A stretch of DNA of 64,000 bases, taken from assembly GCA_964035575.1 (NCBI GenBank), contig OZ037844.1, positions 1,178,001 to 1,242,000 on the forward strand. The letters are read 5' to 3'. Below the pieces are notes generated by a model. It saw only the letters and a list, made by a program, of their open reading frames with translations. It had not been told where the DNA came from and did not search any database. This document shows positions 13,369 to 24,462 of this stretch, one piece after another. Position 1 is the stretch's first letter, and each line of letters starts with the position of its first letter. A program made the translations under genes and the position numbers. The stretch comes from Rhynchopus sp. YZ270_cl-10 (Eukaryota).

Positions 13369-13778
13369 TTGGGTCATATGGCCTTTTTAGCAACAAAGGC
13401 GAACAAGACGACCATTTCCCCGAGACCCCCGCGACCCGGGTCGCGACCCCCATAAAAAAAAAAAAATTTTTTTTTTTTTGGTCGTTGAAAAAATTTTGCC
13501 TTTTTTTTTTTTTTTTTTTGGAAATTATGGAATTCGGTTTTGCCTTACGAACCTTATTTTTTTTTTTGGCCCTTTTTTCCTAGTTCTGGCCCTATCTTTC
13601 AAATAAAGCCAGAATTTTCAACTTTTGAGCCTTTTTAAGGCATTTCCCCGCGTTTTTCTGCAAAAAAAGATCAAAAGAACTCAATTTGCCTTTGCGAAAA
13701 AAAAATTTTTTTTTTTTTTGAATTTTTTTTTTTTCGACAACTACTTTCTGGGGTACTGTCAGTACGTAAGGTATGACC

Positions 13779-14166
13779 CAAGGCTCTGATGAGGCCCAGG
13801 CCTCCCGGCCGGGAGGCCCGGCCTCCCAGGCCTCCCGGCCTCCCAAAAAAAAATTTTTTTTTTCGACATCACAAAATTTTTCACCAAAAAAAAAAAAAAA
13901 ATTTTTTTTTGGGAGTGGGCGATTTCGGAAAAAAAAATCCAAAAAAAAAAATCCAAAAAAAACCGTCACAGACGGTCCAGTAGCGACGTAAGCAAAATCC
14001 ATATTTTTTTGCCGAATTTTGCTAAGTACCGGAAAATTTTTCCTAACAAAAAAAAAAAAAAAATTTCACGCAGGGTCACAAAAAAAAAAATTTTTTTTTT
14101 GGGAGGCCGGGAGGCCTGGGAGGCCGGGCCTCCCGGCCGGGAGGCCTGGGCCTCATCAGAGCCTTG
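13779..14166 (+). mobile_element. 388-bp MITE, CAAGGCTCTGATGAGG family
   Basis: Long TIR with GGCCTCCC repeats. TSD TATGACC at 13772-13778 and 14167-14173. Confidence 0.92.
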
Positions 14167-15170
14167 TATGACCAAAATAGCCGTATTTTGGCTGAAAATT
14201 CGACTTGAAAATTTTTTTCATAATTTGCCCAATCTGAGGTTTTCATTGGATTCATCGGGCAATTTTATGAGGTACCACGCCCGATTTTGGGCAAAAAAAA
14301 AATTTTTTTTTTGGCCAAAAATCGCCTTGTATTACCACTGTATTGGTGTAGGCTTGTACACAGAAGTGTGTTTTGTGTAACCACAGATGGTCAAAACACC
14401 CGATTTTTGCGTTTTTTTGCATTTTTTGGTGCCCAAAAACCCACCTCAGGGTCGAAATTTTCCCAAAAAAAAAATTTTTTTTTTCGATTTTTTTTCGATT
14501 TTTCGACAAGTCGCTGGCCCATACAAAATGTACAGGGTACACACAAAATGACCGGGAAATAAATTCTAGATGCTCAAAACATCAAAATTCTTGCTTTATT
14601 TGCATGCCCGGTGCCCGCGGGTCCCAAAAAAAAAATTTTTTTTTGGGTGAAAAAATTTTGTGATGTCGAAAAAAAAAAAATTTTTTTTTTTCGACAAGAC
14701 ACAGTCGACAGTCGACAAAGACACACTGTGTCTTCGACAAAAGACACAGTGTGTCTTTGTGTCTTTGTGTCTTTCGACAGTGTCTAGACACAAAGACACA
14801 CTGTCGACTTAGAGCCTTGGTTGATGTATCATTGACAATTTTCTTCAATTTAACCGGAATGGGGGAATGCAGCATGGCGAAAGAAAAAGTAGCGTACCGT
14901 GCGCCTGCGGCGCTAGCTAACGTGTTGCGGAACCTCTGGAAACTCACAGGGAGGCCGTGATGGTGATTGAAGACGACGAGACTGAGGACGACGATGCGAG
15001 CTTTTGGCAGCAAAGCCACCAAAAGCCCTCCCTAAGGGAAAAAAGCGCCTGGACGCGATGTTCAACGCACAAGGCAAAGGTGCGCAAAGGGGAGGTGAAG
15101 GAGGAGCTGCTGCAGGTGAAGGAAGAGGTCTTGGAGGTGGAGCAGCCAGACAGCCCTGTGGACTCTGAGG

Positions 15171-15578
15171 CAGTGCTACCAACGCGACAAGTCGCGCGCG
15201 ACACGCGACAAACCACCCGCGACAGCGCGACAAAATGAGTTGTCGCAAAAATCGAAAAATTTTTTTTTCCATTTTGAGACACTTTTTTTTTTTTTTTTGT
15301 TAGGAAAAATCGCGTTTTTTCCGGGTACTTAGCAAAATTTTGGTCAAAAAATGATGGCTTTTGCTTACGTCGCTACTGTACCGTCTGCGATGGTTTTTTC
15401 TGGATTTTTTTTTTTGGATTTTTTTTTCCAAAATCGCCCACACCCAAAAAAAAAAATTTTTTTTTTTTTTGGTGAAAATTTTTGTGATGTCGAAAAAAAA
15501 AATTTTTTTTGGGCGCGACAGCGCGACAAGTGGCACTTTGTCGCGCGACTAGAATCTCTTGTCGCGTTGGTAGCACTG
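15171..15578 (-). mobile_element. 408-bp MITE, CAGTGCTACC family, inverted, non-matching flanks
   Basis: Reverse complement of 1241-1648. Flanks are TCTGAGG and CCTGTAG. Confidence 0.9.
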
Positions 15579-15848
15579 CCTGTAGAACCCTTGCTGCAGC
15601 CTGCGCTGGCAAAACCGGCATGAAAGCGAGCACGCAAACTGGCCGAACGCCAGAATCCCACCCCAAATTTTTAATAAAATTTTTTTTACCATCCCAAAAG
15701 TTAAAAAGTTAAAATTTAACTCCAAAACAGGGGGACCTATTATCCTAGGGATAATAGGTCTACCCGGATAATAGGTCCACCCCCCCTTTATGTGATGCTC
15801 AAAACATCAAAATTTTGCGTTTTTTTGCATTTTTGGGACAGTCTGAGC

Positions 15849-16236
15849 CAAGGCTCTGATGAGGCCCAGGCCTCCCGGCCGGGAGGCCCGGCCTCCCAGG
15901 CCTCCCGGCCTCCCAAAAAAAAAATTTTTTTTCCGGTGACATCTGCGGAACTTTTTTTTTTTTTTTCCTTAGGAAAAATTTTCGGGTACTTAGCAAAATT
16001 CGGCAAAAAATTATGGATTTTGCTTACGTCGCTACTGGACCGTCTGTGGTGGTTTTTTTTGGATTTTTTTTTTTGGATTTTTTTTTCCGAAATCGCCCGC
16101 TCCCAAAAAAAAAATTTTTTTTTTTTTTTGGTGAAAAATTTTGTGATGTCGAAAAAAAAAATTTTTTTTTGGGAGGCCGGGAGGCCTGGGAGGCCGGGCC
16201 TCCCGGCCGGGAGGCCTGGGCCTCATCAGAGCCTTG
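15849..16236 (-). mobile_element. 388-bp MITE, CAAGGCTCTGATGAGG family
   Basis: TSD TCTGAGC at 15842-15848 and 16237-16243. Inverted homolog of 13779-14166. Confidence 0.92.
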
Positions 16237-16299
16237 TCTGAGCCCAAAAAAAAATTTTTTTTTCAGCTGAAAATTGTCTTTGCCAAAAAAAAAATTTTG

Positions 16300-16390
16300 C
16301 TAGTTTATGGCCCCGAAGGTCCAGTTTATGGCCCTGAGGGTCTAGTTTATGGCCCTGAGGGTCCGGTTTATGGCCCCGAGGGTCCTGGGG
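16300..16390. repeat. ~4 copies of a 21-bp tandem unit (CCAGTTTATGGCCCTGAGGGT-like)
   Basis: Directly visible periodicity. Confidence 0.8.
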
Positions 16391-16474
16391 GCCAAAAACT
16401 GGCCCTCGGGGCCAAAAAACTGTAGAAACTGTGGGCCAGAGGGCGGGCCATAAACCGGCCCTCAGGGACATAAA

Positions 16475-19400
16475 GGAACGGTCTACACATGCGTTACACA
16501 CAACGGTCTTCGTATACGATACACACAACGCTATGTATATGCGATACACGCGTTAACCGTATCGTGTGGTTGCCAAACGCAGCCCACCTACGGTGGGCTG
16601 CTGCAACTCGTGCCGTGTGTGGCCCATGCATGGTTCTCACAGCTCGCTGGCACGTTTCCCAAGCCGCAAACCCGGTTACCTGCCTGAAAAACCGGGTTTT
16701 TGGCCAAAACGCCTGTTTTGCCTGTAGAACCCTGCAGAACCCTTAAGATACACGTGTATAAAAGGGGTACTCGTGACACCCTGGTGTCAGGGTCTCTAAC
16801 GGCTCCCAGCTCAAACTGAGTTATACACGCCCCAAAAAGTGCCCGATCTTTCCAAAGAAACAGTTTTTTCAGCTGGGCGAAGCTTCTACACCCTCTAAAA
16901 AAAACCGGTTTTTGGTCGGATCCAGCAGGGGGGGGGGGGGGGGGGGGGGGGGGGGAGCACGACGGACTAGTTATGACCATGACAGGTGATTTTACTAGTA
17001 AAATGACAGGTGAAAATTTTTGACAGGTGGTACCTGTCATTTTGACAGGTACCACCTGTCATTTTGACAGGTACCACCTGTCAAAATACAGGCACCAGGT
17101 ACCCAGGTGCCCAGGTACCCAGGTACCCAGGTACCCAGGTACCCAGGTACCCAGGTACCCAGGTACCCCCAATGACATAACGAAGTATCGCTTGAAAGTA
17201 CCGTTCAATAACCTTTCTTGGGTGTGCATGAAGTAGCACACAAGGTAGATCAAACGATAAATCAATCAGATAAACGTTACATCATCGGAAAATTGTTGGC
17301 ACCGCCGCCCTGTCTTCGTATTTATTACGTCGACAGGCCAAACAGCGTTGGGCTCAGAAGAAGCAGTGCAAAACACTGGGGATCAACATGAGAACCAACT
17401 CCCAACAACACAGGCTACCGAAGTAGCAGGTGGGGTGTTGCGGGTGTTTGGGGTGAAAGAAAATCGATTTTGGTAAGTTACAGCAGAAAATTCTTAAGTT
17501 TGCACTAGTCGAGAGAGGCTTACCCGCTGCAGTGAAGCAGTGCACCCATTTAAGGATGGAGAAGCGTGACACGCACATACAAGTATGTACGTTACTTCAA
17601 CAAAGGCTGAATTCTGGTAATTCTAAGGGATGTGAATTCAGCCACCACGCAGGTAGTGTTTTAAGGTTCCTCGCTTTGTTCTGCACAGCGGGCTTATGAT
17701 ACAAAGGAGTTGCCCCCGCTCTCTTTCGCGCAAACTTAAGAAAATTCTGAAGTAACTACAACCTGGCGTGCGGGTACAGATGCATTGCTTTGTTCTTTCC
17801 TCAAAGTCATGTGTGATCTCTCGGGTCTGTACTAAAGTCAGTGTTTAGATAAGCATCCACTTGACTCGTTCTAACAACCGTTGAAATCTAGAACAAAACA
17901 ACACACTGCCCCTTCTCACACCAAGCCGCCATGCTTCAAGAGCATGCCCTGGGCAAAAATTACTGTGACAAAAACTGGTTTCTGGGGGAACGCGATATTT
18001 TATTGTGCCTAGTCCTCCGCAAGCAGAGGACAGACTTTCCGGATCCCGAAGTCGAATTTCTTGCACTAGCTATGCTCCCTGGGTTAATGGCTATAGCAGT
18101 GACTGACTAAGAGTTTCATAATAATTAGGGTGGTCTATGGGGTGGGTTAATGGAAAAGTTGGTTTATAAACCCGACTTTTTCATTAGGGTGGTCTCGGTC
18201 GCCACCTGATTTTGAAATATTTGCACCAGCTCGTCCGTCGGCACTGCTTCGCTGTCACAATGAAGGGTCGTCGGTTCGGGTACCTGTTAAGAGAAATTGA
18301 GGACAAAAGTGACATTTAGAACAAAAAGAAAAAGTTGACTTGAAATACAAAACCCTCTCGTGAACAGTGTACCTTGGTACATGACCGGCTGTACCGGGGT
18401 GGACACCCAACAAGAGATAGATAGAGGTGCACAAATCCTGAGTCGCTAATTTGGGCGGGAAAAAATAGCTTCAATTTACATCCGGAGGCGAGACGTACAT
18501 CCAGAGCGGGAAAATGTCGAAAAGGGGGAGCGGGGGTGGTGAAAACCGGGGGTTAAAAACATACCTCGCACTCGGTCCACTCTCCAGGTACGAGAACATC
18601 ATTGGACATACAAACCCACCACTGCGTCAGTAAATAGCTATTTCCCTCCCTCCCGCCAGGTTCGAGGGAGCACTTGAGGGAGGACAAAAAATGTCTATGG
18701 TTCGCGCAGGTGGTTTTCTTACGGGAAAAATCTGGGGGGCCGGGGCCGTGTTGCTGAGAATAACTCGCACTCTGCCCGGTGTGAACAAGCCCACACCAAA
18801 GCAATGGCTGTACAAGTCGATTTTTGCAGGGGTGGGCGGGCACCCGGGCTTTTTCCATTTTTTTGGATCGGAAAAAAATTAGGGTACATTGTAAAAAATG
18901 CAGCGGGATTTTTGATGAAGAATAGTGATTTTGTGCATAAAAGGTAAATACGTCCCGAGCCCGGCGCGCGTAGCGCGCCGGAAGTTCTGAGCTTTCGCAC
19001 GGTGGTGGGTGGGGTGGATCTTTATGATATTCAAAGAGATGCAGAATCTCTGCGGACACCTCCTCACTGAGGTACCCTCGGGATGGTTCTTGGCATGCAA
19101 AAGTGCAGCAAGGGGTTCGTCGACAACTTGTGAGCGGAGACGTGTCTTCACCAACTTCAATCACGAAAATGCCCGCTCATCTTCGCAAGACGAAACAGGG
19201 GGTCAGAAGGCGAGTCGCACAAACTCGCATTGTCCCGTACTCCTTCTTCAGTTGCGTCTTCATCTCCTCTCTGCTTGTCCCCGGCTTCACCGGATCCACC
19301 AGGAGCTTCTCCCCACTCCTTGTCATCTCCGAGGTCGGGTTGCAACGGAAGGAAATAGTCGGCAGATGGCTCGGGCGAGGAGGCTGGGAGGAAGATGAAA

Positions 19401-20063
19401 GAGGTGGGCGGCCCTTCGGGCCCCAGCCCACCTCTTCAATTTTTTTATTTGTACCTTTTTTTTTTTTTTTTTGAAGAATTCTTCATCGGATTCTTCAGCG
19501 CGGAAAAACTGATTATGGCTTAGTACCGCACTCCCGTGTATTTGGTGCACCCAGATTAAAACACCCGATTTTTGCGTTTTTTTGCATTTTTTCGCCCAGT
19601 ATTGAGGACATGTGGGGGTGAGGACCACCGAGGGCAATTTTGTGAATTTTTTTGGGGTCAAAAATTGACTTGTCTTTCGTAAATCCCACGAAAAATCGTG
19701 GTGCGCAAAATCGCGTTTTAGACCCCCATAGATGCTCAAAAGTGTCAAATTTTGCTTTTAACGGCCTCAAATCGTCGAAATTCGCCCTAAAAGGGGGCAA
19801 AAAAAAAAATTCGAGAGTCCCTTTCCCTGGGAGGCAATAGCCACCGGCAAAAACACCTGTCATATGACAGGTGGTACCTGTCATTTTACAGGTACCACCT
19901 GTCATATTACTAGTAATATTCAATTATCACCTGTCATATTTTTAACTAGTAACACCACCTGTCATATCACCTGTCATGGCCATAACTAGTCCGTCGTGAG
20001 ACTGAAGGGTGGCCGGAACAGCAACCTTTAAAAACTAGAAAACACAAGTGTTTTCTAGAATTT
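16475..20063 (+). mobile_element. 3' portion of a Helentron-like unit, interrupted by the CACTA-like element
   Basis: Homology to the units above resumes at 20001 (ACTGAAGGGTGGCC...) and ends in the hairpin plus AATTT. Confidence 0.7.
16958..19998. mobile_element. Non-autonomous CACTA/EnSpm (CMC)-like element
   Basis: TIR CACGACGGACTAGTTATG(A/G)CCATGACAGGTGAT. 2-bp TSD AG. Many subterminal TGACAGGT/ACCTGTCA motifs. (CCAGGTAC)n at ~17095-17167. No transposase ORF seen. Confidence 0.8.
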
Positions 20064-20159
20064 TTCGGGTACCCCCCCCCCGGGGGGTGGGGGTTAGGGG
20101 GGGTTACAGGGGGTTGGGGAGAGAGCAACAGTAAAAACCTAAACACCAGTGTTTAGGAA

Positions 20160-22717
20160 TTTTAGACGCACGAAAACAGCGCGTTGAAAAGCGCCCGTTT
20201 TAGACGTGCGAAAACAGCGCGTTGAAAAGCATCCGTTTTAGACGTGCGAAAACAGCGCGTTGGAAAGCGTCCGTTTTAGACGTGCGTAAACAGCGCGTTG
20301 AAAAGCGCCCGTTTTAGACGTGCGAAAACAGCGCGTTGAAAAGCGTCCGTTTTAGACGCACGAAAACAGCGGGTTGAAAAGCGCCCGTTTTAGACGTGCG
20401 AAAACAGCGCGTTGAAAAGCATCCGTTTTAGACGCACGAAAACAGCGCGTTGGAAAGCGTCCGTTTTAGACGCACGAAAACAGCGGGTTGAAAAGCGCCC
20501 GTTTTAGACGTGCGAAAACAGCGCGTTGAAAAGCATCCGTTTTAGACGCACGAAAACAGCGCGTTGAAAAGCGCCCGTTTTAGACGTGCGAAAACAGCGC
20601 GTTGAAAAGCATCCGTTTCAGACGCACGAAAACAGCGCGTTGGAAAGCGTCCGTTTTAGACGCACGAAAACAGCGGGTTGAAAAGCGCCCGTTTTAGACG
20701 TGCGAAAACAGCGCGTTGAAAAGCATCCGTTTTAGACGCACGAAAACAGCGCGTTGGAAAGCGTCCGTTTTAGACGCACGAAAACAGCGGGTTGAAAAGC
20801 GCCCGTTTTAGACGTGCGAAAACAGCGCGTTGAAAAGCATCCGTTTTAGACGCACGAAAACAGCGCGTTGAAAAGCGCCCGTTTTAGACGTGCGAAAACA
20901 GCGCGTTGAAAAGCATCCGTTTCAGACGCACGAAAACAGCGCGTTGGAAAGCGTCCGTTTTAGACGCACGAAAACAGCGCGTTGAAAAGCGTCCGTTTTA
21001 GAAGCACGAAAACAGCGCGTTGAAAAGCGCCCGTTTTAGACGTGCGAAAACAGCGCGTTGAAAAGCGTCCGTTTTAGACGCACGAAAACAGCGCGTTGAA
21101 AAGCGCCCGTTTTAGACGCACGAAAACAGCGCGTTGAAAAGCGCCCGTTTTAGACGTGCGAAAACAGCGCGTTGAAAAGCGTCCGTTTTAGACGCACGAA
21201 AACAGCGCGTTGAAAAGCGCCCGTTTTAGACGTGCGAAAACAGCGCGTTGAAAAGCGTCCGTTTTAGACGCACGAAAACAGCGCGTTGAAAAGCGCCCGT
21301 TTTAGACGCACGAAAACAGCGCGTTGAAAAGCGCCCGTTTTAGACGTGCGAAAACAGCGCGTTGAAAAGCGTCCGTTTTAGACGCACGAAAACAGCGGGT
21401 TGAAAAGCGTCCGTTTTAGACGCACGAAAACAGCGCGTTGAAAAGCATCCGTTTTAGACGCACGAAAACAGCGCGTTGAAAAGCGTCCGTTTTAGAAGCA
21501 CGAAAACAGCGCGTTGAAAAGCGCCCGTTTTAGACGTGCGAAAACAGCGCGTTGAAAAGCGTCCGTTTTAGACGCACGAAAACAGCGCGTTGAAAAGCGC
21601 CCGTTTTAGACGCACGAAAACAGCGCGTTGAAAAGCGCCCGTTTTAGACGTGCGAAAACAGCGCGTTGAAAAGCGTCCGTTTTAGACGCACGAAAACAGC
21701 GCGTTGAAAAGCGCCCGTTTTAGACGTGCGAAAACAGCGCGTTGAAAAGCGTCCGTTTTAGACGCACGAAAACAGCGCGTTGAAAAGCGCCCGTTTTAGA
21801 CGTGCGAAAACAGCGCGTTGAAAAGCGTCCGTTTTAGACGCACGAAAACAGCGCGTTGAAAAGCGCCCGTTTTAGACGTGCGAAAACAGCGCGTTGAAAA
21901 GCGTCCGTTTTAGACGCACGAAAACAGCGCGTTGAAAAGCGCCCGTTTTAGACGCACGAAAACAGCGCGTTGAAAAGCATCCGTTTTAGACGCACGAAAA
22001 CAGCGCGTTGAAAAGCGCCCGTTTTAGACGTGCGAAAACAGCGCGTTGAAAAGCGTCCGTTTTAGACGCACGAAAACAGCGCGTTGAAAAGCGCCCGTTT
22101 TAGACGTGCGAAAACAGCGCGTTGAAAAGCGTCCGTTTTAGACGCACGAAAACAGCGCGTTGAAAAGCGTCCGTTTTTGACGCACGAAAACAGCGCGTTG
22201 AAAAGCATCCGTTTTAGACGCACGAAAACAGCGCGTTGAAAAGCGTCCGTTTTAGAAGCACGAAAACAGCGCGTTGAAAAGCGTCCGTTTTATACGCACG
22301 AAAACAGCGCGTTGAAAAGCGTCCGTTTTAGACGCACGAAAACAGCGCGTTGAAAAGCATCCGTTTTAGACGCACGAAAACAGCGCGTTGAAAAGCGTCC
22401 GTTTTAGAAGCACGAAAACAGCGCGTTGAAAAGCGTCCGTTTTAGACGCACGAAAACAGCGCGTTGAAAAGCGTCCGTTTTAGACGCACGAAAACAGCGC
22501 GTTGAAAAGCATCCGTTTTTGACGTGCGAAAACAGCGCGTTGAAAAGCGTCCGTTTTAGACGTGCGAAAACAGCGCGTTGAAAAGCGCCCGTTTTAGACG
22601 TGCGAAAACAGCGCGTTGAAAAGCGTCCGTTTTAGACGCACGAAAACAGCGCGTTGAAAAGCGTCCGTTTTAGACGCACGAAAACAGCGCGTTGAAAAGA
22701 GTCCGTTTCAGACGCAC
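20160..22717. repeat. 38-bp tandem satellite, ~67 copies
   Basis: Unit TTTTAGACG(CA/TG)CGAAAACAGCGCGTTGAAAAGC(GC/GT/AT)CCG. Period 38 (TAG at 20163 and 20201). No spacers. Confidence 0.97.
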
Positions 22718-23114
22718 AAGAACGACGGGTATTTTTGGATGTTTCTGGAGTTGAGTCCTGGTCAACTTTGTATCCTATTGTCGGTGTAGCTCACTCTGTG
22801 GTGGCTAGTTTTGTATGAATGATGCACAGTACAAGTTGCCCCCAAGCTCTGGGCATGTTTGTGGAGTTCTTAACCGAAGTTTGGATATGTTGGTATTTCC
22901 TGATAGTAACCCTTTAGCTGGCCCCATAGACTCACAGTTGAGAGGCTTCTTCTCTGAGTAAACATGATTAATTATTGTTCTCTCTGTTCTGAAGCTGATA
23001 GCCGCTTTGGAGGAATGACGCCCTTTTTTTTGCGTTTGTAGTCCTATTTTGATTAACATTACTGTCTGACTTTATAGTTTACATCTTTTGCTGGCAGGTG
23101 TGCGACAAAACATT

Positions 23115-24215
23115 ATGAGTGACTCTGTGGAGAAACGTATTCTGGAGAAGTACAGTGGTCAGCTCGATGAAGTTGCAAGGCGGATTATTGCTGTTGCAGA
23201 TGAACAGCTGGACCGGAGAGTTCTAGTTTGTATCGCAGGGGTTCCAGGTAGCGGGAAGTCGACTACCGCATCGTGTATTGAGAAGGTTGTCAATACGCAT
23301 TCCTCAGGAAGGTGTTGTGCCATACCTATGGACGGTTTTCACCTTACACGTAAGAGCTAAACGAATTGGAAAATAGAGAAGAAGCGATTGAGAGGCGTGG
23401 GGCACACTGGACCTTTGATGCTGATGCGTTCAAGCGTAACTTGCAGGAAGCACGCATTTTGAAGGAAGTGCGTTTCTCTGGTTTCGATCACGCCGCTTGT
23501 GATCCCGTCTCGGATGCGATCAAGGTTCCGCGTTCCTGCCAGATTCTGCTTGTAGAAGGAAATTACGTGCTGTTTAGAGGGTTAACCTCTTGGAGCAAGG
23601 TGGTGGACCTCTTCGACTTCAAAATATACCTGGACTGTGCTCAAGAGATTGCAACAGACCGACTGGTACGGAGACACGTGGTATGTTTTGACGCAGAGGA
23701 CCAAGCGGGTGAGGCCCCAAGGTAATTTACGATTATTTTCTCTCTTTTGGTGTAGCTAAAACCAGCTATTCTGCGTCCACTATAATTTCAGTCCACTAGA
23801 AGTCCATAAATGTGTACATTTTTTTTTTTTTTTTTAGGCTAGGAGGACGATCAAATTAGGAAGGTGTGGTATTCGAAGGAAAAATATGCGGTGTGTGTGT
23901 GAGAATGGCGCAGACACCGTGTTTCTGAAGTATGACAGTATTACAACAAACACCGGTGCGGTGAAAACCCTCGAAAACCCTTCGATTTTTGATATCCCAA
24001 AACTCAGCTTAATTTCCCTCCGGTGTTTGTTGTGTTACTGTAATTAACTGGTTTCTGAATTAGATTTATCTTGCGTAACATTTCCTTTTTGACAGGCTGC
24101 TTGGAATATTTCTGAAGAGGAGGCAAGGGCACGTGCACAAGGGTCAGATTTCCTAAACAGCCTTCTGATCAGGACTACAAAGAGCAATGCAGACCTGGTT
24201 CTTTCATTTCTCTAA
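23115..24215 (+). CDS. YFH7/YggC-like P-loop kinase (uridine/pantothenate kinase superfamily); exons 23115-23680 and 24096-24215; apparent 1-nt frameshift at ~23352
   Basis: GVPGSGKST P-loop, IPMDGFH, RRGAHWTFD, VEGNYVL. A GT-AG intron joins RLVRRHV to AAWNISEEEARARAQGSDFLNS. Confidence 0.85.
23935..24041. repeat. Small inverted-repeat element in the kinase intron
   Basis: ACAGTATTACAACAAACACCGG...CCGGTGTTTGTTGTGTTACTGT (22-bp imperfect IR). Confidence 0.55.
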
Positions 24216-24261
24216 AATTTACATGAGGAACGCAAAAAAGAAAGGTAGTTTTATCTTTTCT

Positions 24262-24328
24262 CAAGAGACCCCCTCCCTCTCTGTCTTTCTCTCCGTTACC
24301 CTTTAGCGGAGTAGCTTCGCTGCGTGCA
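24262..24328 (+). repeat. 67-bp direct repeat, left copy
   Basis: Identical to 35464-35530. A further ~36 bp upstream is similar but diverged. Confidence 0.95.
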
Positions 24329-24462
24329 TGTGTGCGGGTACTTTATGGGAGAATGTGATTGGGGACATCCACCACTCACCTCACACCTCCACACAACAAA
24401 CAAGAGACAATAAATAGCATAATTTAAAGACACAACATTGAAGATCAACATCTTCACAAACC

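Larger units (their letters stand above)
11593..14819. mobile_element. P-like non-autonomous TIR element with nested insertions
   Basis: TIR CAAGGCTCTAAGTCGACAGTGT...ACACTGTCGACTTAGAGCCTTG. TSD GTTGATG at 11586-11592 and 14820-14826. Confidence 0.88.

Noticed and set aside
13779..13850. Hammerhead ribozyme suggested by CTGATGAG followed by GC stems
   Set aside because: No GAAA after the stem and no matching stem III/NUH. The motif is part of a DNA TIR present at both ends.
18553..19474. Transposase ORF within the CACTA-like element
   Set aside because: Short ORFs with no recognizable transposase motifs.
20085..20120. Telomeric repeat (GGGTTAGGG)
   Set aside because: One or two degenerate units in the G-rich tract preceding Helentron-like 3' hairpins.
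20160..22717. CRISPR array
   Set aside because: Contiguous 38-bp units with no unique spacers, no cas genes, eukaryotic context.
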